From an uncultured Pseudohongiella sp. (GTDB lineage: Bacteria; Pseudomonadota; Gammaproteobacteria; Pseudomonadales; Pseudohongiellaceae), in assembly GCA_965199785.1 (NCBI GenBank), contig OZ241324.1, forward strand, positions 59,329 to 83,328: DNA of 24,000 bases, in the 5' to 3' direction. A model generated the notes under the pieces. The model searched no databases. It worked only from the letters and a program-made list of their open reading frames with translations, and was not told the DNA's origin. This document shows positions 9,740 through 17,485 of this stretch, one piece after another (the first letter of the stretch is position 1; every line of letters begins with the position of its first letter). The position numbers and the translations under genes were made by a program.

Positions 9740-9982
9740 ATGGCAAGCATCACCATCCGCAACTTGGATGGCCAAGTGAAGACGCTTCTGCGCGTGCGGG
9801 CGGCCGCGAATCATCGCTCGATGGAAGAGGAGGCGCGATTAATCCTGCGCCAAGCCGTTGGAGCCAAGCCAAGTCCCCGCAATTTGGCGGAAATCGCCCA
9901 AGCCCACTTCGGCCCGGAAAACGGCGTGGATTTGGTGTTGCCGCCACGAGTGCCGGACCGGGAACCCCCATCGTTCGATTGA
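9740..9982 (+). CDS. Ribbon-helix-helix antitoxin, FitA/VapB-like (Arc/MetJ type)
   Basis: MASITIRNLDGQVKTLLRVRAAANHRSMEEEARLILRQAV is the typical FitA-like N-terminus. The ATG is at 9740 (the ORF track starts at GTG 9734). No PIN toxin gene follows. Confidence 0.75.
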   Translation: MASITIRNLDGQVKTLLRVRAAANHRSMEEEARLILRQAVGAKPSPRNLAEIAQAHFGPENGVDLVLPPRVPDREPPSFD

Positions 9983-9984
9983 GC

Positions 9985-10680
9985 GGCTGCTCATGTCCTT
10001 TCAGCTACCATACCATGGGCAAGGAATTGGATTGGCAGTATCGAACGGCCTAGTATATGCTCCATAATATGCTTGAGGCCTGCGGCTCCGGCGGGCTTAC
10101 CCCGGAGAAGGCCGTCGAGGGAGACGAAACCTACATTGGCGGCAAGCGTTGGGCCATCTCGAATAGCAAGCGCGAGGAACTGGCCGGAACGGCGTCCGGC
10201 CCTGTCCAGGAAATTCCGGTCGTCTGGTTCCGCGAGCGGGGGCGGGCGCGTTAAAGCCGTGGCGTTTACGGCGGATACAAGGATGGACTGAACCCTGTTG
10301 ATCAAGCTGGCGAAAAAGCACGTGGAAGATGGAGCCGCAGCCTGCACCGACGAGCATGCCGGCTATGCCGGATTGTACAAGGCGGGCTTCGAGCGCGAGG
10401 TCGTCAACCATTCCGTCAGGGAATACGCCAACGGGATGTGCCGCGTGAACGACAACATCGACCGCACGAGGGCACTCACGCCCCGCATCCTGATGGGCTG
10501 CAAGCCCCCCTACAAGAAACTGACAGCGGGCAACGAGCTGTCCAGCAAAATCGAGGCAGTGTCGTGAGAGCATGGCTTGCCGTGGAGAGGAAAGATTGGC
10601 GACAGATAATGCGCCATGCGTTGCGCGTTTTGGGAACCAAATATGCCCAGACCATTATGAGCGGGATGGAGGCGGCGAAA
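9985..10680 (+). pseudogene. IS1595-family (ISXO2-like) transposase remnant: N-terminally truncated, with an in-frame stop and frameshifts
   Basis: Fragments lie in alternating frames. They read ...MGKELDWQYRTA*YMLHNMLEA...VEGDETYIGGKRWAISNSKREELAGT, then ACTDEHAGYAGL...REVVNHSVREYANG, then a C-terminal-like ERKDWRQIMRHALRVLGTKYAQTI. TAG at 10051-10053 sits where family members have Trp (KTAW). The N-terminal zinc-ribbon region is absent. Confidence 0.7.
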
Positions 10681-10681
10681 C

Positions 10682-11593
10682 ATGGATAATAGCCTCTTGG
10701 TGATTAACGGCGACTGCGAGGCGGTCATTCGCGACAGGACGATTCCACACGGTTCTGTGAATCTGATAGTGACATCGCCACCCTACGCGGATCAGCGCAA
10801 AAATATTTATGGCGGCATCCATCCAGATGACTATGTGGACTGGTTCCTACCCAAAGCGGAGCAATTCAAAAACGCGCTCGCCGATGACGGCTCGTTTGTT
10901 CTGAACATCAAAGAGAAGGCGGTGAACGGCGAGCGGCACACGTATGTTTTGAATCTGATTTTGGCGCTGCGGGCGCAGGGCTGGCGGTGGGTGGAGGAAT
11001 ATTGCTGGCACAAGAAGAACTGTTATCCGGGATGGTGGCCAAACAGGTTCAGGGACGCATGGGAGCGTTGCCTGCATTTTACACTCAGCAAGAAATTCAA
11101 GATGCGACAGAAGTCGGTGATGGTCCCCATGGGCGATTGGTCCAAGGCGCGGCTCAAGAATCTGTCGGACACAGACAAGACAAGGGATGCGTCTAAATCA
11201 GGCAACGGTTTCGCCAAGAAAATCGAAAACTGGGTCGGCCGGGACATGGCGTACCCGTCAAATGTCTTGCACATGGCGACCGAGTGTGGTTACAAGAATC
11301 ACCCGGCGACATTTCCCACGGCATTGCCAGATTGGTTCATCCGGTTGTTTACGGATGAAGGCGATACGGTGCTTGACCCCTTCGCTGGTTCTGGAACCAC
11401 CTTGGTCGCGGCGCAAAAACTGAACCGAAAAGGGATAGGGATTGACATGAATGGGGAATACTGCGAACTGATTAAACAGAGGATCAACAATGGCGAATCC
11501 ACAATGGTGGCCGAGCGTGGAACTGGAAATAGACCGAATCATCGAGGGGTTTACGGACAAGTTGAGAGACAAGTTGCATGTCCAAGCGATTGA
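10682..11593 (+). CDS. Site-specific DNA methyltransferase, beta-class N4/N6 (PF01555-like), TSPPY motif
   Basis: Motif IV (NLIVTSPPYADQR) is near the N-terminus and motif I (VLDPFAGSGTTLVAAQKLNRKGIGIDM) near the C-terminus, which is the beta permutation. GGAGG lies 9 nt upstream of the ATG. The last ~35 codons overlap the next gene. Confidence 0.9.
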   Translation: MDNSLLVINGDCEAVIRDRTIPHGSVNLIVTSPPYADQRKNIYGGIHPDDYVDWFLPKAEQFKNALADDGSFVLNIKEKAVNGERHTYVLNLILALRAQGWRWVEEYCWHKKNCYPGWWPNRFRDAWERCLHFTLSKKFKMRQKSVMVPMGDWSKARLKNLSDTDKTRDASKSGNGFAKKIENWVGRDMAYPSNVLHMATECGYKNHPATFPTALPDWFIRLFTDEGDTVLDPFAGSGTTLVAAQKLNRKGIGIDMNGEYCELIKQRINNGESTMVAERGTGNRPNHRGVYGQVERQVACPSD

Positions 11594-12314
11594 AATATTG
11601 GGGCGGAAAAATCCTTTCTTGTTCCGTGTCCGCTCTGGCGATGACGCGAAAGAACTCTCCAAGATGGTTATAGATGCCTATTTGTCTTCGAGCGAGGAGA
11701 CGATGTTCGGAAACATTTTGGAAGAGATTGCGATTTCCGTTTGCGCAAACGCCAAAGGCGGCAGCAAATCATCGGCGGAGGGTATTGACTTGGAATATGA
11801 CAATGGCGCGGAGAGAACCTTGATTCAAGTCAAGTCGGGTCCGAACTGGGGGAATTCAAGTCAAAGAAAGAAGCTGGTGGACAACTTCAACAGCGCCAGA
11901 AGGAGGTTGGGGGCGTCAGGGTTGAGCGTTCGATGTATTGAAGGTATCTGCTACGGGAGCCGCCAGGAAAAGCATTATGGAACCCACACGGCGCTGAGAG
12001 GGACGGCTTTTTGGGAAGATATATCCGACTGGACTGGAACCCATCTTGCCATTGGTGGCCGGTTGGGTATACATGCGAGAAATGGCTTGAATGAACCGAA
12101 GGATCAAGCCAGAGAAAAATGGTGGATTTCCTCCGGCAGCATGGGGCCGCTAAAGAAAACAAGATCAACTGGAATGGGATGTTTGACTTGCTGTTTTAAC
12201 GGAACCGGGCGAATGAACAACCGCGCCGCATGGTGTCCCGAGGCATCGGCGAAATTCACGGACAGGGAAACGACATCACCACCCCCAATCTCGCCCGCAT
12301 CAACATGCAGCTGA
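11490..12314 (+). CDS. Type II restriction-endonuclease-like protein (PD-(D/E)xK candidate); probable frameshift near the 3' end
   Basis: Blocks NPFLFRVRSG, YLSSSEETMFGNILEEIAI and GIDLEYDNGAERTLIQVKSGPNWGNSSQ resemble, from memory, the TdeIII/Eco47II/PmeII-like REase group. After about 12117 the ORF tail becomes non-protein-like (WWISSGSMGPLKKTRSTGMGCLTCCF...). The frame starting at 12116 instead reads KMVDFLRQHGAAKENKINWNGMFDLLF and stops at 12197-12199. Confidence 0.6.
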   Translation: MANPQWWPSVELEIDRIIEGFTDKLRDKLHVQAIEILGRKNPFLFRVRSGDDAKELSKMVIDAYLSSSEETMFGNILEEIAISVCANAKGGSKSSAEGIDLEYDNGAERTLIQVKSGPNWGNSSQRKKLVDNFNSARRRLGASGLSVRCIEGICYGSRQEKHYGTHTALRGTAFWEDISDWTGTHLAIGGRLGIHARNGLNEPKDQAREKWWISSGSMGPLKKTRSTGMGCLTCCFNGTGRMNNRAAWCPEASAKFTDRETTSPPPISPASTCS

Positions 12315-12455
12315 GCGGCTTGAAGGATAACGAGTTCGGTACTTAGCAAGAACTACTTGGCATTTTAGGAAACGGTTTTTTGCCATAACTGATCTTGATT
12401 TCAAACACGAATCAACGATCTAAATTCACAGTAGCTTACCGAACAGGAAACTTCC

Positions 12456-13850
12456 ATGGGCATAAGAATACAACCTATTGAAATTGAAGTTCCCGAAGAT
12501 AACCCTTTCGCGAATGACTCGCTTGAACGAGAAGAGCCCATTAAAGTTCTCACTCACCTTCTTCACTCAATTGATGGCCCTTGTGTCCTCGCTGTTGACG
12601 CAGCATGGGGTGAAGGAAAATCCACGTTTCTCAGATTGTGGTCTCAGTACTTGCGTAATCAAGGTTTTCCAGTCATTGAGTTCAATGCTTGGTTAACCGA
12701 CTTTTCAGATGAACCTTTCCTTGTTTTGTCCACGGAATTGACGGAAGGATTCAAAGATTATCCAAAGGGTGCGGCAGCGGAGAGAATTGCCGAAACGAAG
12801 AAATTGGCAAAAGATATATTCAGACAAACCGCTACATCGGCTGCCCGCGTTTTTTCATCAGGTCTCGTTGATATTGATGCTTTAATGAAACAACGGTTTT
12901 CTAGGTACAACGAATCTAAAGATCTAATAGAGAACTTTAAAAGCACCTTAAAGGAAATGGCCGCGGCGGTATCAAAATGTAAAAAAAAGAATTCAATGAT
13001 AGTAGTGATTGATGAGTTGGACCGGTGCAGGCATTCCTACGCTGTGGGGCTATTGGAGGCAGCCAAACATCTGTTCTCTGTTAATGGCATCATTTTTGTT
13101 CTTGCCGTTAACCGCACTCAGCTTGCCCATTCAATAAAGGCACTGTATGGCCGAGATTTTGATTCCTTGGGTTACTTGCAAAGATTTATTGACATAGATT
13201 TTCAACTTCCCCTACCTAAGCGAAAGAAGTTTATTGAAAACATCTTAACTACAATAAGCTTTTTAGATTATTTTGAGCGCACAAATGATGCTGATGCAAA
13301 GCAAAGCTTTCCATCTGTTAAGAAATTTTCGCAGAACATCTTTGAAACAACAGAGCTCAGTATTCGGCAGATATCACAAGCTTTCCACCGACTTGGTTTA
13401 GTGCTTGGATCGCTGCGAAGTGATCGCAGAGCATTCGCATATTCTGCTGTAGTGGCTATCTTCTTACGATCAATAAATGCTGGAATTTACCATAGGTTTT
13501 GCCGTGGTGAGATAACGGATCTCGAAGTCGTGGATGAGATATTAAACTATCCTGGAATCAGAATTCTCCAAGGAACACATGATGGATGTCTGATTGAGGC
13601 ATACATAACTGAGGGAGCAAAAGAGATTTTGAGGAAAAACTCTCCAGAAGAAGATATTAAATCCCCATTATTGACAAGATATCGGAGTATTATCGAATCT
13701 GGAAATTCTAGTTCGAAAAAAGATCAGATGCGTGCGGAGAAGGTTATTGAATTGATTGAGTATCTCAGCAAGCATCCTAATCACGTAGGCTTCCTGTACT
13801 CAGTAAGTCGAATTGAGCTACTTACACCTGAGCTAATTAAATCAGATTAG
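12456..13850 (+). CDS. KAP-family P-loop NTPase (soluble, no obvious TM insert)
   Basis: Walker A is in VLAVDAAWGEGKSTFL. Also present are FNAW, Walker B MIVVIDELDRC, and LLEAAKHLFSVNGIIFVLAVN, the PF07693-type layout. The gene is strongly AT-rich relative to the window. Confidence 0.88.
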   Translation: MGIRIQPIEIEVPEDNPFANDSLEREEPIKVLTHLLHSIDGPCVLAVDAAWGEGKSTFLRLWSQYLRNQGFPVIEFNAWLTDFSDEPFLVLSTELTEGFKDYPKGAAAERIAETKKLAKDIFRQTATSAARVFSSGLVDIDALMKQRFSRYNESKDLIENFKSTLKEMAAAVSKCKKKNSMIVVIDELDRCRHSYAVGLLEAAKHLFSVNGIIFVLAVNRTQLAHSIKALYGRDFDSLGYLQRFIDIDFQLPLPKRKKFIENILTTISFLDYFERTNDADAKQSFPSVKKFSQNIFETTELSIRQISQAFHRLGLVLGSLRSDRRAFAYSAVVAIFLRSINAGIYHRFCRGEITDLEVVDEILNYPGIRILQGTHDGCLIEAYITEGAKEILRKNSPEEDIKSPLLTRYRSIIESGNSSSKKDQMRAEKVIELIEYLSKHPNHVGFLYSVSRIELLTPELIKSD

Positions 13851-14349
13851 TCGTCAAGACGTAATACGCCTTATAACACATTCAGCAAACATAATCGGAT
13901 TCACTGCTGTCATAACGCTTCTCTCACGGACTCGCGTAAAATATTGTAATTACTGGACAATCCAGCCTCCAACCCCCGTCATCGATTTAAACCGCGCTGT
14001 CGAATATCGGCATCCTGTGTGCGGTTGCGGCCCACGACGGATTCGACCGTCGGTTCAGCCTAGCAGCGCCCGTCGCAGGAATTCGTCGAACGAGGGACCG
14101 CGAAGCCAGCGTCACCGTGGACGGGACTGCAGATCATGCCTTTTGCGATGAGTTCAGCGCGAGTTGGGACGACGGCTCCCACGCCTCTCTGGTGGATTCC
14201 CTGAACGACACGGTCTTGGCCCCAGTTCCGCCATGGCCCACAAATTGTGCTTTTCAGGCGGAGCCAGTCGGTCGAAGCGGTCGCGGACCTTGTTTCAGCC
14301 GCATCAGTCTGGGCCGGGCGCACGTATCAATCATGCGCATAGCGCCCTC

Positions 14350-14535
14350 TCATGCGATCATGCGAACTCCCTTCAATGAGTGCAACCGGAAACCCGGCGC
14401 GTCCGCGTTGCGCGGATGCGTCGCCTCTTGAAGTCGGAACAGAATACGCTTCAGTCGCGGCGCTATTCCGGCGGGCACCCCTGCGGGATTGCCCCGCTCG
14501 TGCAACGCCCGTAGCCCCTTGTGCCTGATCTTCAT
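14350..14535 (-). pseudogene. HigB-like (RelE/ParE superfamily, plasmid-maintenance killer) toxin remnant
   Basis: From ATG 14535: MKIRHKGLRALHERGNPAGVPAGIAPRLKRILFRLQEATHPRNADAPGFRLHSLKG matches the HigB N-terminal two-thirds. The frame then ends at VRMIA*. The expected DR.G.YA continuation (DRMRGRYA) is in another frame, which also terminates. Confidence 0.55.
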
Positions 14536-14641
14536 CCCACACTGTAACGCACCACGCCACAAGTGGCAGCGTCTGTTGCGTAGGAGAGCTGAAACCCTTT
14601 AGCTTGAATGCAGTCCTTGCCAAGTCCATCCAAGCGGGGGT

Positions 14642-14944
14642 ATGGTAGCCACCATGACTTCCGTATCGATGACAGATCTCAAGGCGAACCTGTCGCGCTA
14701 TATCCGCGAGGTTCGACGGGGCGGCGAAGTAGAGGTGCTCGACCGGGGAACGCCGGTGGCCTTGATCACCAAGCCAAAGTCGATCCCAAAGCCCAGCGGC
14801 AACGATGCCTTTGAGGAGATGATCCGGGCGGGTGTGCTGACCCGAGGCAATGGGTGCGCGCGGGAGATTCTGGATAAGCCCCTGATCGATTTGGGCGGCG
14901 GCCTTTCCTCACTGATTATTGAAGATCGCGAAGATCGGGTGTGA
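14642..14944 (+). CDS. Phd/YefM-family antitoxin
   Basis: MTSVSMTDLKANLSRYIREVRRGGEVEVLDRGTPVALI is a typical Phd/YefM N-terminal domain. Alternative ATGs are at 14654 and 14669. The stop overlaps a downstream GTG (GTGA coupling). Confidence 0.8.
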   Translation: MVATMTSVSMTDLKANLSRYIREVRRGGEVEVLDRGTPVALITKPKSIPKPSGNDAFEEMIRAGVLTRGNGCAREILDKPLIDLGGGLSSLIIEDREDRV

Positions 14945-15062
14945 GGTATTGGGATCCATCGGCGCTTGTGCGCCGCGAAACCATCCAGCCTCCGACTCCA
15001 CCCGAACCCCAGACCCGGGCCGAAACGTTTCTTCGCCGGCGTCCCCATCGAACCGGACCGGT
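14941..15062 (+). pseudogene. VapC-like PIN toxin remnant (only ~40 N-terminal codons before the CoxL-like gene)
   Basis: GTG at 14941 overlaps the antitoxin stop. (V/M)RYWDPSALV matches the VapC N-terminus, including the first acidic residue. The rest of the 112-aa ORF is antisense to the CoxL-like gene and is not PIN-like. Confidence 0.45.
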
Positions 15063-17351
15063 TTACTGGTTGATAATAGCCCACAACCTTTGCGGGGTTG
15101 CTGGCATGTCGATGTTGTCGGTGCCTAGGGCGTTGGCGATGGCGTTGATTATCGCGGGTGGGGCGCCGATGGCGCCGGCTTCTCCGGCGCCTTTGATGCC
15201 GAGTGGGTTGGTTTCGCAGCGGACGAGGTGGAGCGAGAAGTCGATGTCGCGGCAGTCGTCGGCCCGGGGCATGGTGTAGTCCATGAAGCTCGCGGTGAGC
15301 AACTGGCCGGAATCCGGGTCGTAGTGGCAGTCCTCGAGCAGGGCCTGGCCGAGGCCCTGGGCGATGCCGCCGTGGACTTGGCCGAGCAGCAGGTTGGGGT
15401 TGATCACCCGGCCGAAATCGTCGACCACGGTGAAGGCGATGATCTCCAGCGAGCCGGTTTCTGGGTCGATCTCGACCTCGACGACGTGGACGCCGTTGGG
15501 ATAGGTTGACTCCGGCGGAGCGAAGCCCTCGGTTTCGTCGAACGCGGCGCCGCCATCGGCGGGGGCGGCCTTGGCGGCGACTTCGGCGAAGCCCGCGCCG
15601 CGGTCGGTGCCGGCGATCTGAAACCGGCCCGCCTCGAAGTGAATGTCGGCGGGGGCCGCTTCGAGCATCTCGGCGGCTTGCTTGCCGGCGGTTTCGATCA
15701 GCTTGCCCGCGCAGGCGGAAATCGCCGCCCCGCCCACTGGCACCGAGCGCGAACCCATGGTGCCGCCACCGCTGGGCATGGCGTCGGAATCACCCTGGAT
15801 GATGGTGATCCGCTCCGGGTCGATGCCGAGCTGCTCGCAGATGATCTGCCGAAAGGCGGTCTCGTGGCCCTGGCCGTTGGACTGGGTGCCGATGAACAAG
15901 GTGACGCCGCCATCCGCGTCCACCCGCAGCCGCGCCTGTTCGGGCTGGCCGCCGGCGCAGCGCTCGATATAGCTCGCCACGCCGATGCCGCGCAGCTTTC
16001 CTTCCCGCTCAGCCAGCGCGCGCCTCGCCTCGAAGCCGTCCCAGCGGGATTTTTCCAGCGCGAGTTCGAGAATCTTTGGAAAGTCGCCGCTGTCGTAAAC
16101 CAAGCCGAGGGCGGTGCTGAAAGGCATTTCGGCGGCGGTTATGAGATTGCGGCGGCGCAGTTCCACTGGTGAGACCCCAAGCTGGCGCGCCGCCACGTCC
16201 ATCAGCCGCTCTATGGCGTAGATCGATTCCGGGCGGCCCGCGCCGCGGTAGGCGTCCACCGGAGCGGTGTTGGTGAACACGCCCTGCATGCGCACATGGA
16301 CGGCGGGCACCCGGTAACAGCCCGTAAGCATCGGCGCCCCGCCTTCGGAGGCGACAAAGGGCGAGAACGGCGACAGGCTCGAACCGAGATTGGCGATGGT
16401 GGAAACGCGCAGGCCGGTGAGGTTCAGCTCGGCGTCGAATCCGGCTTCGAGCCGGGTTACGTGGTCGCGGCCGTGGGCGTCGCTGAGGAAGGACTCGCCC
16501 CGGTCGGCGACCCATTTCACCGGCCTGCCGGTTTCCCGCGCGGCGTGGAGCGCGGCGATGTATTCCGGGTAGCAGGCGATCTTGGCGCCGAAGCCGCCGC
16601 CAACATCCTCGCAAATCACCCGCATGTCCCCGAAGCCGCAACCGAAAACCATCTGGGTGAGCAGGAAGCGCATGATGTGCACGCCCTGGCAGGAAACCCG
16701 CAGGACCATGCGGCCATCCTCGACCGCGGCGATGCAGCCCCTGGGCTCCATCGAATTCGGCGCTAGGCGGTTGTTGATGAGTTCGAATTCGACCCGGTGC
16801 GCCGCTTCCCCGAGCGCCGCCTCGGTCGCGCTCGCGTCGCCCGCGCGCCAGTCGAAGCAGCGGTTGTGGGGCGCGTCCTCCCACAGCCGCGGCGCGCTGT
16901 CGGCCATCGCTTCCCCGGTCGCGGCAACCGCCGGCAATTCCTCGTAATCGACGACGATCGACTCGGCGGCGTCGAGCGCCTGCATCCGGCTCTCGGCCAC
17001 AATCAAGGCGACCGGCTCGCCCACGTGGCGCACCCGGCCGATGGCGAGCGCGGGCCGCGGCGGTTTGTGGCACGACGAGCCATCCTCGCCCCGGGCGTCC
17101 ACGATGCACGGCACATCGCCGATGCCCGCGGCGCGCAAATCTTCCCCGGTGTAGATCCCGAGCACGCCGGGGGCGGAGCGGGCGGCATCGAGGTCGATGG
17201 CTTTCATTTCCGCGTGGGCATGGGGCGAGCGCAGAAACACGCCGATGGCCTGCTCCGGCGCGCGGCCGTCATCGAGATAAGACCCTTTTCCGGTGAGAAA
17301 GCGGCGGTCCTCGAAACGCGCCGCCGGCTGGCCGATGCCAAATTTGCTCAT
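15063..17351 (-). CDS. Molybdopterin-binding large subunit of the xanthine dehydrogenase / aerobic CO dehydrogenase family (form-II CoxL-like)
   Basis: MSKFGIGQPAARFEDRRFLTGKGSYLDD N-terminus. The AYRGAGR motif (VDAYRGAGRPE) is characteristic of form-II CoxL-like proteins. The ATG at 17351 is preferred over the track start at 17375. Confidence 0.9.
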   Translation of the reverse strand: MSKFGIGQPAARFEDRRFLTGKGSYLDDGRAPEQAIGVFLRSPHAHAEMKAIDLDAARSAPGVLGIYTGEDLRAAGIGDVPCIVDARGEDGSSCHKPPRPALAIGRVRHVGEPVALIVAESRMQALDAAESIVVDYEELPAVAATGEAMADSAPRLWEDAPHNRCFDWRAGDASATEAALGEAAHRVEFELINNRLAPNSMEPRGCIAAVEDGRMVLRVSCQGVHIMRFLLTQMVFGCGFGDMRVICEDVGGGFGAKIACYPEYIAALHAARETGRPVKWVADRGESFLSDAHGRDHVTRLEAGFDAELNLTGLRVSTIANLGSSLSPFSPFVASEGGAPMLTGCYRVPAVHVRMQGVFTNTAPVDAYRGAGRPESIYAIERLMDVAARQLGVSPVELRRRNLITAAEMPFSTALGLVYDSGDFPKILELALEKSRWDGFEARRALAEREGKLRGIGVASYIERCAGGQPEQARLRVDADGGVTLFIGTQSNGQGHETAFRQIICEQLGIDPERITIIQGDSDAMPSGGGTMGSRSVPVGGAAISACAGKLIETAGKQAAEMLEAAPADIHFEAGRFQIAGTDRGAGFAEVAAKAAPADGGAAFDETEGFAPPESTYPNGVHVVEVEIDPETGSLEIIAFTVVDDFGRVINPNLLLGQVHGGIAQGLGQALLEDCHYDPDSGQLLTASFMDYTMPRADDCRDIDFSLHLVRCETNPLGIKGAGEAGAIGAPPAIINAIANALGTDNIDMPATPQRLWAIINQ

Positions 17352-17485
17352 TTGTTCCCCCTCTTCCGCCACCATCGGGGCGGTTCGGCAATTCTTCCCA
17401 TCGGTGTTGTGGGACAGACGCGCAGTCGTGTTAGTCTGCGGCCTGATCCCCGGACATCCGAAACCCAGTCCACCGGGAGCGCATT

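Larger units (their letters stand above)
9734..15062. other. Accessory island: decayed TA modules + IS1595 remnant + MTase/REase-like/KAP NTPase core
   Basis: The gene content is entirely accessory. There is a marked compositional drop: about 10.6-12.2 kb is intermediate in GC and about 12.35-13.97 kb is strongly AT-rich, against GC-rich flanks. Intact core genes lie on both sides (TonB receptor start 9505; CoxL-like stop 15063). Confidence 0.7.

Noticed and set aside
12395-12426. Possible sigma70 promoter (TTGATT ... TCTAAA/TAAATT) upstream of the KAP gene
   Set aside because: The -10 candidates match only 4/6 and have suboptimal spacing (18-20 nt). AT-rich DNA yields such matches by chance.
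14060-14431. ORFs 14060..14323(-), 14117..14431(+) and 14164..14379(+)
   Set aside because: None has a recognisable domain. The region is better explained as the decayed downstream part of the higBA-like locus.
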